The notes under the pieces: generated by a model
Told to the model about the DNA's origin: nothing
The model's input: only the letters and a program-made list of their open reading frames with translations
Databases searched by the model: none
Position numbers and translations under genes: made by a program
Shown: in pieces, positions 18,384 to 28,608 of the stretch
Layout: the number at the start of each line of letters is the position of its first letter
Numbering within the stretch: position 1 is the stretch's first letter
Source: an uncultured Gammaproteobacteria bacterium
Lineage (GTDB): Bacteria; Patescibacteriota; Microgenomatia; UBA10105; UBA927
Assembly: GCA_964430295.1 (NCBI GenBank)
Contig: CAYSEV010000003.1
Coordinates: 6,184-70,183 of the forward strand
Direction of reading: 5' to 3'
DNA: 64,000 nucleotides

Positions 18384-21380
18384 TCACTTGATGATAAATA
18401 ATAGGTCGGTTGTAAACATGGGAGTCTGTATATCCATCTTCCCTTTTATGACCTGTTGATGAAGAATTATTTCTCCATTTTCTGGATTAATCCAGTATAT
18501 TGTACCATCCTTATGCACCTCAAGTGAGAGCGTAGCTCTATTTTTTTCTGGATTAAATATTTTTGTATACACATATCCGTATATGATATCTGCGGATATA
18601 ACTGAAAACACCTTATGCTTTTTATTATTGGATGTAATATCGTATTTTTGAATATCAGTCCCTATATCAGCTATGTATGTAGAGAAAATTGAAGCGTAAG
18701 ATCTTTCTATAGGTCCTAAATATACATTGGATGGCCCAGTTTTGTTTTCAAAATACACATTCGGCATATTCCAAGATATTATTGACGCCTGTCTGAAAAA
18801 ACTTAACCAGAGTCTAATCCTGTATCTGATAGGAGAAAATATATCCCAATTTGCGAAATTATTCCCCTGTTCACTAAAGATCATCGGTTTATCATATTTC
18901 ACAAATTTATCTACCTCTCGGGCAAGATCCTGATCGCAATATTCATTACACTCTCCGCTATACCAGTGATAAGAAGTGGCCTCTATATCACTTAAGTCAG
19001 GTCTCTCCCAACTGGTTGTAATTGGGTGTTTATAGGGGTCTATAGCCCTTATATATGCGGCCATATAATGTATTAGGTCGTCACTGAGTTTGATTTCATT
19101 TGCAAGTTCCCACACATCAACATAGGCTCCGTATCGCGAGACTATATAATCCAGATAATTTTGTAATTGTTTTTTTTGGTCCGTTAATGGAATATCAGAA
19201 CCATAGGGTAATTCAAAGCTCATGAGGCTCATCCAGGTGTGGTATCTATTTTTCTTTAACGTGCTGAGAATAGAATCAAGCAAGATCCCTTCGTTTACTT
19301 TTGGACCAATATTACCTGATTTTCCGAAATTCCAAAGCATAAAACTACAGTTGCCAGCTCCCCATCTGTATGTATTAAATCCACTGTCAGCGTACGTTGC
19401 TAGGTAGTCTTCCACAGTTGTTGTTTTATAAAATGAATCATCGTCTGATCCTTTAACCTCATCGTCCAACGGCCATGCATTCAATGGGTTTCCATCATGA
19501 TGTAAATCATTTACACAATTTTGAATACCTATTGGTAAGAAGATATTTCCATTTGAACTCGCAAAGTACTTTTTGTTAATCTTTGAGAGGTAAATATAAC
19601 CGGGATTATTGGACTCTGTTACCAGAAAACTTCCTCTTTCCTGTTTGGTCTCAAATATCGAATTAGACAAGAATCTCCACTTCCAAATTCCGACCGTATC
19701 AGGTGAGAATCTAAGCTTCCACGTTTTTATATCATAATAAAACGCTTTTATAGTATATTCTTTATTGATTGGAGAGGTTAAGACAATACTGTATTCTGTG
19801 TTAAGCTGATCGCCCTTTTCTTTATTAGATTTCAATATGAGCTCAAAAATGCCATTTTTTAGTACAAATTTTTGTGGTTGTTCTATCGTTATTTTCAGAA
19901 GCTGTAGCTTGCTGTTGGCTTCATGAATTAAATAATGTATACGTGATATCAGTTCATTAATATAAGATATATTTATAAGATTTCTCTTTGTGATATTTCC
20001 ATGTAAAAAATCCGAATTTAAGCTCGTAATGCTGGTATTTTCTTTATTTAAAAAAAATATATCCTGATTAAAAGATTGTATGGAATCTATATCTATATCA
20101 TCAGAGGTATATTGCCATAACATATCTCCGTTTAGGTGATTTTGAAAGGAAACAACAGTTGATTTATCTGCTTTAGAAATAATAAAAACTCCTCGTTTAT
20201 TAGCTTTTGTTGCCACTGTGTCTATTTTTTTGTTTGTGCACCAATGTACGTCGCCGGAGAAAGACAAAGAACATTGTATTGTTTGGCCCACAATGACTAT
20301 ATTTTTATCAATGATTTGATATGAAAAATTTTGAATATTCGAAAAGGAATGTGACCACAGCTCGACACCATGTTTTGTGTCTAGAGCTACAAGAATTGTT
20401 GCATTAATATTAGAATATGTTACAAGTGCAAAATCTTTAGTTGCTTCCGTAATTCCAAGAGGACTATTATATGAATTATTATATGTCCACTCTTGTTTAG
20501 CAGTATTTGCATCTATACATTCAATTGCATTGTCATCTCGAATCACATATATACATGACACCCCCACTTGTAATGAATTATCAGATGAAGAAATCTCCAG
20601 TAAAGTTTCTCCAGATATTTTATTAAGAAGTTTGTATGTATTCGAATCATCCCAATATCCGATTGTTTTGTGAAATATAGAGGGTTTAGAAAAAAAGTAA
20701 TTATGTAAAGGCACATCCCATATTTTCTTACCGGTTCCCAAATCAATTGCAATAAGTCTGTTTTCGGTCGCACTATTAAGATATACAGTCGCATCATCTG
20801 TAGCAAATCTTCCGAAATGCAAAATTATCTCATCACTTTTATAATACGATGTATCTATTTGTTTTGTCGTATAAGTCCAGTGAAGTGATCCTGTGATTTT
20901 ATTAACAGCGTACAATGTCCCGTTTCTGCTCCCAAATAAGACATCTTGGTCAGTAACCACAGGTTCCGTATCAATTTTAGTTCGATCTGGTGTGGTAAAT
21001 CTCCAAAGTTCATTACCTGTATGTTTATCTAATGAATACAGATTTCCATCAAAATTCGTGAGAAATAGTTGATTATTCTTATCAAATTCGGATAAATAAA
21101 TTGAATAGCTTTGCTCATTGTGCCTCCAACGCAACAATCCGGTTCGTATATCTATAGAGGTCATTACGTTATCAAGTCCGCTATAAAATAAGGAGATGTT
21201 ATTAAAAGTGAGTGAGTGAAAAATTTTAGGAAGCGTTTTATGTGTCGCAACTGGATTTTTAAATGAATATACCCAGCCCGCTGAATTAAATATATTCCAT
21301 AGTAATATGGCCGTGCATACGATAAAACCAAAGAAAAAAATACGTATGATCAGTGCAAAATACTTCTTTATTTTTTGCAT
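18384..21380 (-). CDS. membrane-anchored PQQ-like beta-propeller fused to clan GH-A (GH5-like) TIM-barrel glycoside hydrolase
   Basis: 998 aa with an N-terminal TM helix. Repeated G-LY-(S/A)-(L/V)-D/N-K-x-TG-x-x-(L/H)-W units (LYSLDKHTGNELW, LYAVNKITGSLHW) indicate PQQ-type propeller blades. The C-terminal part carries the GH-A acid/base motif VDVWELANE and the nucleophile motif IFSEQG. Confidence 0.6.
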   Translation of the reverse strand: MQKIKKYFALIIRIFFFGFIVCTAILLWNIFNSAGWVYSFKNPVATHKTLPKIFHSLTFNNISLFYSGLDNVMTSIDIRTGLLRWRHNEQSYSIYLSEFDKNNQLFLTNFDGNLYSLDKHTGNELWRFTTPDRTKIDTEPVVTDQDVLFGSRNGTLYAVNKITGSLHWTYTTKQIDTSYYKSDEIILHFGRFATDDATVYLNSATENRLIAIDLGTGKKIWDVPLHNYFFSKPSIFHKTIGYWDDSNTYKLLNKISGETLLEISSSDNSLQVGVSCIYVIRDDNAIECIDANTAKQEWTYNNSYNSPLGITEATKDFALVTYSNINATILVALDTKHGVELWSHSFSNIQNFSYQIIDKNIVIVGQTIQCSLSFSGDVHWCTNKKIDTVATKANKRGVFIISKADKSTVVSFQNHLNGDMLWQYTSDDIDIDSIQSFNQDIFFLNKENTSITSLNSDFLHGNITKRNLINISYINELISRIHYLIHEANSKLQLLKITIEQPQKFVLKNGIFELILKSNKEKGDQLNTEYSIVLTSPINKEYTIKAFYYDIKTWKLRFSPDTVGIWKWRFLSNSIFETKQERGSFLVTESNNPGYIYLSKINKKYFASSNGNIFLPIGIQNCVNDLHHDGNPLNAWPLDDEVKGSDDDSFYKTTTVEDYLATYADSGFNTYRWGAGNCSFMLWNFGKSGNIGPKVNEGILLDSILSTLKKNRYHTWMSLMSFELPYGSDIPLTDQKKQLQNYLDYIVSRYGAYVDVWELANEIKLSDDLIHYMAAYIRAIDPYKHPITTSWERPDLSDIEATSYHWYSGECNEYCDQDLAREVDKFVKYDKPMIFSEQGNNFANWDIFSPIRYRIRLWLSFFRQASIISWNMPNVYFENKTGPSNVYLGPIERSYASIFSTYIADIGTDIQKYDITSNNKKHKVFSVISADIIYGYVYTKIFNPEKNRATLSLEVHKDGTIYWINPENGEIILHQQVIKGKMDIQTPMFTTDLLFIIK

Positions 21381-21418
21381 TATTAATAAATATCCAACAT
21401 CTTATATCTATCCAAAAA

Positions 21419-22273
21419 TTATTTTAATATGTCTGTAATAATTGGGTATATCGCCACATTGTTAAGATAAATCGGAATTGACCAGCCGATTATAATTGGT
21501 TTATCTTCTAGGAACATATACGTATCATCTTGTTTTGTAACCCCAAGTTGCAATGTTAAAAATACATCTTTTTTCAACGGATCCTCTGTAACATTAGTTC
21601 TTCCGTCAGTCGTACTGACCACTCTTTCTGCAGGCCTCACATCGACATCAAGGATTTTTGCAATTATTTTTCCCGATGGATCTTTAATTTCAGCATTTTT
21701 CTCAACCGCATTTGCTATCCATGGTTCAACTCCTCGTGTGTATGCTGAATACGATGACCATGTATCGATCAGTCTTGCTTTTATAGTAACTGTAAAAATA
21801 CGTCTGGTATCAGAAATGCCGTCAATACCAGAAACTATTCCGTGGATATTGGAACCGTTAATTGTCACATCAATAGTTCTGCCGATTTCAAGAGGTTGAT
21901 ATAAAAATGTATATTTCTTTTGTTTTGCTTTGTATTTAGCTTTGACAGAGGCAGTAATCCACATCTCTTTATTTTGGTATCCCCACTTCCGTATATTTAA
22001 TATTTCCAAATTTTTTTTGCCAAAATTATCAAATTGAACATCACCTATCCGTATCTTATCAGCGACCCAAAATGGAGCATCTCCCCCACCATTGTTGGGA
22101 AAGTATGTTGGTGAGTTTATTACTTTAAACTCAATCTTAATCCACTTATCTTGATTTAATGATGTAGATATCAGAAACAGCAATATGCTCACCAATACAA
22201 CCGTAAAAAACCAATCCAAAGGCTTTAATTTTTTTAAATTAAGAAGAGTGTCAGAAAGCTGAATATTCACCAC
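21419..22273 (-). CDS. hypothetical membrane-anchored extracytoplasmic protein
   Basis: 284 aa. N-terminal TM helix FFTVVLVSILLFLIST. Beta-rich, no recognisable motif. Co-directional with the GH fusion and the Wzy-like gene. Confidence 0.45.
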   Translation of the reverse strand: MVNIQLSDTLLNLKKLKPLDWFFTVVLVSILLFLISTSLNQDKWIKIEFKVINSPTYFPNNGGGDAPFWVADKIRIGDVQFDNFGKKNLEILNIRKWGYQNKEMWITASVKAKYKAKQKKYTFLYQPLEIGRTIDVTINGSNIHGIVSGIDGISDTRRIFTVTIKARLIDTWSSYSAYTRGVEPWIANAVEKNAEIKDPSGKIIAKILDVDVRPAERVVSTTDGRTNVTEDPLKKDVFLTLQLGVTKQDDTYMFLEDKPIIIGWSIPIYLNNVAIYPIITDILK

Positions 22274-22289
22274 ACTATTATACCTGAAA

Positions 22290-23828
22290 TTAAACTGCGG
22301 GCAATATCGATAAGAAAACCCACAACCATCCGATTATTTGTTGCTCTGTAAGTATAGGATAAAACTGAGAAAGTATCATAAAAGATATAATTGGAAGAAG
22401 GTAAATTGAATGATGCCCTATATACCCTTTGGAATGTTCGTTTATTCCACTCAAAAAATATTTTTTGGAATAACACAAAAAAAGCATAAAAGATAATAAT
22501 CCAGCATACCCGGACGCCACAAGAATTTGAGCGAATAGATTATGTGGTTGTGTGGGATATGAACTAAAACCACCTATTGTTTCAAGTAAAATTTGTGGAA
22601 ATGTTCCGAGTCCTATGCCAAAAGGATTTTGTGATACTATCTGAAAACTCTGTATTATGAGGTTCCAACGAAAATTCGCTCCTCCATCTTGTCCAAATGT
22701 AATAATAAATTGTGACAAACGCGGGATAACAAGAATGGGAAGCACAAGTACACCGATAATTCCTGATATTTTATATAATACAGGCAGCTTATTGGTTTCT
22801 CTTTGTTTTTTATATATATACAATAATTCAATTGCTACTATAATCCAAGACAACCTACTTGCTGATAATAGGAGCGCGACAAAAGAAGCAATAAATGCAA
22901 ATGAAGAGATTTTTTTTCCGAAATTTGACGTCCGTTTTGCAATTGAATAGTAGAATAGAAGCGGTAATATGAGTGCTATAAAAAATCCCAGAGAGTTTGG
23001 ATGCGAGAAAGTTCCTTGAATTCTGACAAATGAAATATCTTCGCTTGCAATATGAAGAATGCTGTCTGATAGAGACGGGTCAGCCGAATTTTCAATAAGC
23101 TTTCCTAAAGGACCTTTATTTATAAATTGGAGTATACTGATGAATCCCTCGAATATACCCAGTGCTGAAAAGATCGGGAGAAAATGATGAGTAACCCAAT
23201 ACCCTAATTTATACTGTTGAATATAGTAATACAGGTAAATATATAGTGAAAATTGCATAAGAAGAAGAAAGGATAACAATGGTATAGGTGAGATGATACT
23301 AGAAAATATATTTAATATAAGAAATGTTCCAATAAATATATCCTTAGTTTCGATTTTAGAAGTGGAGATCTTTATCTTTGGCAAATAAATAATATCTCTT
23401 AAAGATAGATATATAAGTATTAACACCATAAATCCAGTTAGCGATATACCCACAGACATAATAAAAGGTAATCTTCCATTTACATACTCAGGGGATACAA
23501 CCAGAAAATCGATGCTTTTTCCGCTTTGAAAAGGTAAACAAAATATAGAGGAATATAACAAAGCTGTCCGGATGGATTTGAAAACGTAAAGAAGACCACA
23601 AATGAAAAGTATAGCGAGAGCAAGAAGTATTTTATTATTAGGCGCGTATAACAATATGAAAAGAAACAGGATAGACCACCAGAATAGTTTTTTTTCAGTC
23701 GACCAACTATCTATGGTAGTGCGTACGCTACCTATTAAAGTATATAATCCGTTCATAGTATGAAAGATGCATTGGTAATTATACTGTATGATCATCCCAA
23801 AGAGCATACTGCCGACTATTGTACGCAA
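22290..23828 (-). CDS. O-antigen ligase/polymerase-like (Wzy_C) polytopic membrane protein
   Basis: 512 aa and multi-TM. The segment SASRLSWIIVAIELLYIYKK is typical of the Wzy_C loop-helix region. The start is ambiguous: an alternative Met 25 at 23756 removes the 69-nt antisense overlap with the next gene. Confidence 0.55.
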   Translation of the reverse strand: MRTIVGSMLFGMIIQYNYQCIFHTMNGLYTLIGSVRTTIDSWSTEKKLFWWSILFLFILLYAPNNKILLALAILFICGLLYVFKSIRTALLYSSIFCLPFQSGKSIDFLVVSPEYVNGRLPFIMSVGISLTGFMVLILIYLSLRDIIYLPKIKISTSKIETKDIFIGTFLILNIFSSIISPIPLLSFLLLMQFSLYIYLYYYIQQYKLGYWVTHHFLPIFSALGIFEGFISILQFINKGPLGKLIENSADPSLSDSILHIASEDISFVRIQGTFSHPNSLGFFIALILPLLFYYSIAKRTSNFGKKISSFAFIASFVALLLSASRLSWIIVAIELLYIYKKQRETNKLPVLYKISGIIGVLVLPILVIPRLSQFIITFGQDGGANFRWNLIIQSFQIVSQNPFGIGLGTFPQILLETIGGFSSYPTQPHNLFAQILVASGYAGLLSFMLFLCYSKKYFLSGINEHSKGYIGHHSIYLLPIISFMILSQFYPILTEQQIIGWLWVFLSILPAV

Positions 23829-24929
23829 ACTAGTTTGTTTTTTGAGAAAGAAAATTATGTGCTAGATGTTCTAATAAAAGACAGCTCTTCAATTAAAGAG
23901 ATACTTTACGGTAAAAAGAATATTCATATTATCCGCAAAGTTACTAATCGACGCATAGCATTCACGCCGCTTTATCTGATCCCCTTTAAACGTATCAGAA
24001 TAATTGAAAATCTAAATATGCAAATAAATATGTTTTGTATTCGTTTACTAATAACGGTAATTGAATTCTTCAAGAAATTTTCTAAAAAATATTTATGGGT
24101 ATACAGCCCGGATCAAACTTCAATTGCTTATTTATTTGATCAATCATATTACCTTGTTTACGATTGCGTTGATTATCATGGAGATGAAAATAATTCAGCA
24201 AGCGAAAGTATGCTTATACAACGAAGTAACACCATTGTTGTCAATTCTATGTCACTGTATAACATATATAAGCAGAAATATCCCAACGCACTATTATCGC
24301 CGTCAGGATTTGATTTAAGCACATTTGAAAAAAACGCCCGAGCAAAAAAAAGTACAAAAAGCACAAATCCGATTATCGGATACATAGGAGGCATAAATTC
24401 CAGATTGGATTTTAAGTTATTAGAAAAGATCATTCGCTCAAATCCGGACATCAGATTTACCTTTATTGGGCCTATCCAACAAAGAGAATCAACCTATATA
24501 TTTCAGTCTTTAGTTCTCCCTAAAATATCAAAATTGTTGTCTACTGAAAATGTTCAATACATCCCATACATGCCAAGGGAAAAAATAATTTCATATATAT
24601 CACAATTTTCGATTTCAATTATTCCATATGATAGTTCCCTGCCGTTTAATCGGTATAGTTTTCCGATGAAAATTATTGAATATTTTTATATGGGTATCCC
24701 TGTGCTTTCTACTCCAATTGACGAAATTAAGAGAATGTCACAATTTGTTTCGATTGGTAATACTCCTGCCAAGTGGAATTTTTACATCAGAAAGTTATTA
24801 AAAAAGCCGCAGAGCCTATATCTCAAAAAAAGAAAAAGGGTGTACGCTATACAACAAAGCTGGGATAAAAAATTTAATTATATTATGCATTCTATTGAAC
24901 CAAACAATATCATATTGGATAGAAAATAG
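23760..24929 (+). CDS. glycosyltransferase, GT-B fold (GT4-like)
   Basis: 389 aa. IGYIGGINSRLDFKLLEKII ... IIPYDSSLPFNRYSFPMKIIEYFYMGIPVLSTP resembles the C-terminal GT-B nucleotide-binding half. The start may be downstream of the annotated Met. Confidence 0.5.
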   Translation: MKDALVIILYDHPKEHTADYCTQTSLFFEKENYVLDVLIKDSSSIKEILYGKKNIHIIRKVTNRRIAFTPLYLIPFKRIRIIENLNMQINMFCIRLLITVIEFFKKFSKKYLWVYSPDQTSIAYLFDQSYYLVYDCVDYHGDENNSASESMLIQRSNTIVVNSMSLYNIYKQKYPNALLSPSGFDLSTFEKNARAKKSTKSTNPIIGYIGGINSRLDFKLLEKIIRSNPDIRFTFIGPIQQRESTYIFQSLVLPKISKLLSTENVQYIPYMPREKIISYISQFSISIIPYDSSLPFNRYSFPMKIIEYFYMGIPVLSTPIDEIKRMSQFVSIGNTPAKWNFYIRKLLKKPQSLYLKKRKRVYAIQQSWDKKFNYIMHSIEPNNIILDRK

Positions 24930-24942
24930 AATCAAATTATAT

Positions 24943-25716
24943 TCATTTTTGTATGATGCCAAGTCCAGACTCTTTAGGAAACGGGAAAATAATTTTGTTA
25001 GTATGTTTTAGTTCTCTCCAGAGCTTCCATACTCCAAATTTTCCTAAATTTTTTGTCCATTTAACATGTACATCATGAAACACCATAAATCCCCCGTTTG
25101 TCAGCATCGGCCAAAATAACGAGTAATCCAGTTTTACTCCTTCGTATGAATGATTCCCGTCAACATAAATATATTGATATCTCTTCTTTGGATATGTAGT
25201 AGCGAATTCTTTTGTAGTCATTACGTATGTGCTTATATATGAAGAAAGTCCGAGTTTACTAAAATGTTTTTTTGCATCAATTTTTTTCCAAAATCCTATT
25301 CCACTCCAGTTATTTTTTTTATCATCTCTATCGAATCCGGCATCAACGAAATCAACGTGTCCACTAAAATTATCTTTGCAGGCCACAGACAGTATTGCCG
25401 GTATATACCCTGTCCTCGACCCTATGCATAGTATGGACACAGGTTTTATGTTACGGATAAGTGCGTAATGTATTAAACCGAATCCCAAAAAATACTGACT
25501 ATAGTTTATATTGTGTCCTTCATCAGCTCCGAAATGTGTATGGAGAATCCTTGAGACGTGTCGTTTAATGAGTAGTTGAGTATAAACTGAATGGCTGGGA
25601 ATATTATCAATAACGAAGTCAAAAGCACTATCTAGTATACTTCGTCCAAATCTATATAACTTCCGCATCCCAAAAAATTTATATTTAATAAGCAGATCCT
25701 GTATCATACAAGGCAT
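24943..25716 (-). CDS. class I SAM-dependent methyltransferase, TylF/MycF-like (sugar O-methyltransferase family)
   Basis: 257 aa. ILCIGSRTGYIPAILS (glycine-rich SAM loop region) ... YIYVDGNHSYEGVKLDYSLFWPMLTNGGFMVFHD, typical of the macrocin O-MT fold. Confidence 0.5.
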   Translation of the reverse strand: MPCMIQDLLIKYKFFGMRKLYRFGRSILDSAFDFVIDNIPSHSVYTQLLIKRHVSRILHTHFGADEGHNINYSQYFLGFGLIHYALIRNIKPVSILCIGSRTGYIPAILSVACKDNFSGHVDFVDAGFDRDDKKNNWSGIGFWKKIDAKKHFSKLGLSSYISTYVMTTKEFATTYPKKRYQYIYVDGNHSYEGVKLDYSLFWPMLTNGGFMVFHDVHVKWTKNLGKFGVWKLWRELKHTNKIIFPFPKESGLGIIQK

Positions 25717-25794
25717 ATAGTATCAAAATACACATTAAATAACACTATTCTTATATTGAGGGAATTTAATATGGTTTAATGGTACTATTGCATC

Positions 25795-27141
25795 ATGATT
25801 TTTTCGATCTTTTACGAACAAATATACAAAAAAATTGCAAATAGCACTTGGCATAGATACCATAATTATCTGCTTAAACGTATAGCAGACCATAGGTACT
25901 CAAAGATTGGTCTTCTTTCCAAAATAGTGATACTAATCCAACTTATATCACTTGAAAAAAATAAACATAACTTGGGAGTACTGCAGTCACAGCCATCTGG
26001 TATGAGTATTCTTTATGCGAGTGTGGGAATGTTTTTTAATCTCAATCATTTAGGATCTGTATACATGGTTAGCGATAAATCACTCGGGATTTCTTATAGA
26101 TTAGAAAAAGACGTTATTGAATGGACAAAAAAACTGTTTCATGTGAATGATGATACTGTCGAGGGGTATGTAACAAGTGGTGGAACAGAATCAAATTTAT
26201 TCATGATGTGGTCATTGAGGGAATTTTTAAAATCAACAAAAAAAAGAAAAACATGTGTCTTAGTGACTTCGTTTACGCACTATTCCATACTGAAAGCCGC
26301 AAAAATGTTAAATATCGAGATAGCATATATTCCATTGGATAAATGTACGTGGTCAATGGATGTTACATTCCTACCTAACGCGATCTTTGCAATGCAGAAA
26401 CGAGGCTTCAAAAATATACTCGTAGTAGCTACCTTAGGGTACTCTTCTATAGGAACAAGTGACTCTATAATTGCCATTAACAGTATACTAAGCGATATTA
26501 CTAAACGTAATAAAGAGATCTTATGCGCAGGATGGGTTGATGCAGCTGCACAAGGCATTCCTTTTTCTTTACATCATGATCACGCAAATTTTCTATCATT
26601 AGATAATATATATGGTATATCCGTCGATTTCCATAAAACAGGAAATGCCCCTATTCCGTCAGGAGTAATCATATATAGAAATGTTTTAAGGAAAGCGATT
26701 CAGCAACCAATAGAATATTTGAAAGAATATGATGTAACAGTAAGCGGATCACGGCCCGGATTTTCATCACTATCAATTTGGTCAAGTATTTATGGTAAAT
26801 CGCTTGTTTCTATGAAGCGCAATTCGTTAAAGGCAGAACAAATTAAGTATCAGTTTATAAAAAAATTTAAAGAATCATTTCCTAAAGCCACTATAATTCA
26901 CAGTGAGTATTCGTATACATGTGCTATTGTTGTTAACAAATATTTTAACAAATTATCTGAAGTTGTTGAACAGAAATATAATCTGAATTTTTGTACTGTA
27001 CCTCTGCAATCAGGAAGCATGCTGAATCACTACAAAATTCATATAACTCCACTAACACGGGAAACTGTCCTGCAGCAATTCTTATCTGATGTGATAAATG
27101 ATCAGAATAACCATCAAAAGGGACGTTCTTTAGAATGTTAA
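25795..27141 (+). CDS. PLP-dependent group II (fold-type I) amino-acid decarboxylase, paralog A
   Basis: 448 aa. VTSGGTESNLFMMWSLREF is the S-G-G-T-E-S-N decarboxylase motif. The PLP-lysine region is DFHKTGNAPIPSGVI. Confidence 0.65.
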   Translation: MIFSIFYEQIYKKIANSTWHRYHNYLLKRIADHRYSKIGLLSKIVILIQLISLEKNKHNLGVLQSQPSGMSILYASVGMFFNLNHLGSVYMVSDKSLGISYRLEKDVIEWTKKLFHVNDDTVEGYVTSGGTESNLFMMWSLREFLKSTKKRKTCVLVTSFTHYSILKAAKMLNIEIAYIPLDKCTWSMDVTFLPNAIFAMQKRGFKNILVVATLGYSSIGTSDSIIAINSILSDITKRNKEILCAGWVDAAAQGIPFSLHHDHANFLSLDNIYGISVDFHKTGNAPIPSGVIIYRNVLRKAIQQPIEYLKEYDVTVSGSRPGFSSLSIWSSIYGKSLVSMKRNSLKAEQIKYQFIKKFKESFPKATIIHSEYSYTCAIVVNKYFNKLSEVVEQKYNLNFCTVPLQSGSMLNHYKIHITPLTRETVLQQFLSDVINDQNNHQKGRSLEC

Positions 27142-28484
27142 TATCGATTGTTTAACAATAGTACTTCCTGCTTATGGGATCGTCCTTTATTATTATTCCA
27201 GTCCATTTCTCGTAACGTTAGAATAGTTTCAAACAAATCTTTACCCAAACTGTCCTTTAGTGACGTATCGTCTCTAAAATACGAAATAGCTTCTCCTAAT
27301 GTCCCCGGCAATGATTCACTTTTCCCTTGCTTCCTCCCCCAGCTTGATATTGTTTCGGAATGGCCGTTCATTTTGGCGTTAATTTCCATATGTTCCTCAA
27401 TACCATGTAAACCTGAAGCTATGATCGCACCTAACGCCAAATATGGATTCGAAGTCGCATCTGATGGCTTATATTCAATATTCGTAACTTGAGCATTATC
27501 TGATGCTCTCGGAATACGGATAATAGCATCCCTGTCTCCATATCCCCAGGTTATAATTGAACCGCTCCAGGAATTCGATAGAAATCTCCTATATGAATTA
27601 ATAGATGGGGATGTCAAACATAATAAGCTCCTCGCATGATGTAACAATCCTGCTATAAAAGATTTTGATATATCGGAAATTTCGCTGTTTCTACCCGTAT
27701 TTGCAGTGATATTTTTATGGTTGCGCCATATACTAAGATGAATATGTGTACCGCTACCGGCTTGTGAAGTAAACGGTTTGGGTAAGAATGATACTTCCAT
27801 TGAGTCTTGTCTTTGTACAATAGCGCGGATTGTTTCTCTAAATGTGACCTGTTGATCTGCAGCCGCTATGGCATCTTTATATTTTACCGATAATTCAAAT
27901 TGGCCGGTTCCAGACTCAGCATGGAGTGTTTCAGACATAATGCCTTGTGCTCGGAGTGCATCTGTTATTTCAGAAAAGAGATTTGCATATTTATCAAGCG
28001 GATATGTTTGTCCAAAAATTGAGTTATCCACCGGCAAAAAACCTTCAGATGTTTGCCGTAATAGGTAAAATTCGTTTTCGAAGGAAAATTTGAACGACAA
28101 TCCATATTTTGATGCTTTTCGAATCATGCGGTCTAAGAAATCTCTTGGACAGTTCTTCCATGCTGTCTCGCCTTCATATAAATAGCAAAAAACTTTCGCA
28201 TGACCCGCTGCATAGGGTACTATATTAAAAGTACTCCAATCTGGTCTTAACAAGACATCACCATGACAAAAATACGATACTGGAAACGTATATCCCGACT
28301 GTGTTTTAATCACTGGCTTTCCTGGTTTAGGAAAAGTTATACTTCTATATTCAGGATGGTGTAAATTATCTATATATACTGCTTTAGCTCCAATTACTCC
28401 GGAATGGTCACACCACATAAAACGAATATAGCGTATATTGTTTCGTTTTATTAAATCGCGGATTTTGCCTGGTATTTCCGACAT
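27138..28484 (-). CDS. glutamine synthetase family protein (glutamate--amine ligase; GS type I-like catalytic domain)
   Basis: 448 aa. N-terminal beta-grasp YIRFMWCDHSGVIGAKAV. Catalytic-domain motifs FENEFYLL, HAESGTGQFELSVKY and KPFTSQAGSGTHIHLSIW match the conserved GS KP..G.NGSG.H.H.S.W block. Confidence 0.75.
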   Translation of the reverse strand: MSEIPGKIRDLIKRNNIRYIRFMWCDHSGVIGAKAVYIDNLHHPEYRSITFPKPGKPVIKTQSGYTFPVSYFCHGDVLLRPDWSTFNIVPYAAGHAKVFCYLYEGETAWKNCPRDFLDRMIRKASKYGLSFKFSFENEFYLLRQTSEGFLPVDNSIFGQTYPLDKYANLFSEITDALRAQGIMSETLHAESGTGQFELSVKYKDAIAAADQQVTFRETIRAIVQRQDSMEVSFLPKPFTSQAGSGTHIHLSIWRNHKNITANTGRNSEISDISKSFIAGLLHHARSLLCLTSPSINSYRRFLSNSWSGSIITWGYGDRDAIIRIPRASDNAQVTNIEYKPSDATSNPYLALGAIIASGLHGIEEHMEINAKMNGHSETISSWGRKQGKSESLPGTLGEAISYFRDDTSLKDSLGKDLFETILTLREMDWNNNKGRSHKQEVLLLNNRY

Positions 28485-28608
28485 GCGCGTATGGTACTAC
28501 TGCTTTTACAGTGAGGTCAAGGAATATACCTGTATAATGCTATATCGTATACGGATTGTATCGTCTTTGATATTATATAGCTGAAATATAGGAAATACAC
28601 TCGCATAT

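Noticed and set aside
23760-23828. A 69-nt antisense overlap between the divergent genes 22290..23828 (minus) and 23760..24929 (plus). A 62-nt same-strand overlap at 9033-9094 and a 59-nt overlap at 38786-38844 were also noted.
   Set aside because: These are most likely start-codon over-extensions in the ORF track. Internal Mets at 23756, 9040 and about 38712 remove the overlaps and match homolog N-termini. Not treated as real overlapping genes.
28506-28538. Possible promoter for the SHMT-like gene (TATAAT at 28533-28538), plus other weak -10-like hexamers upstream of rpmH (45746-45751) and the ORF at 60958.
   Set aside because: None has a convincing -35 at 16-18 nt spacing. In AT-rich intergenic DNA, TATAAT-like hexamers occur by chance. 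Only the 40486-40514 promoter met both criteria.
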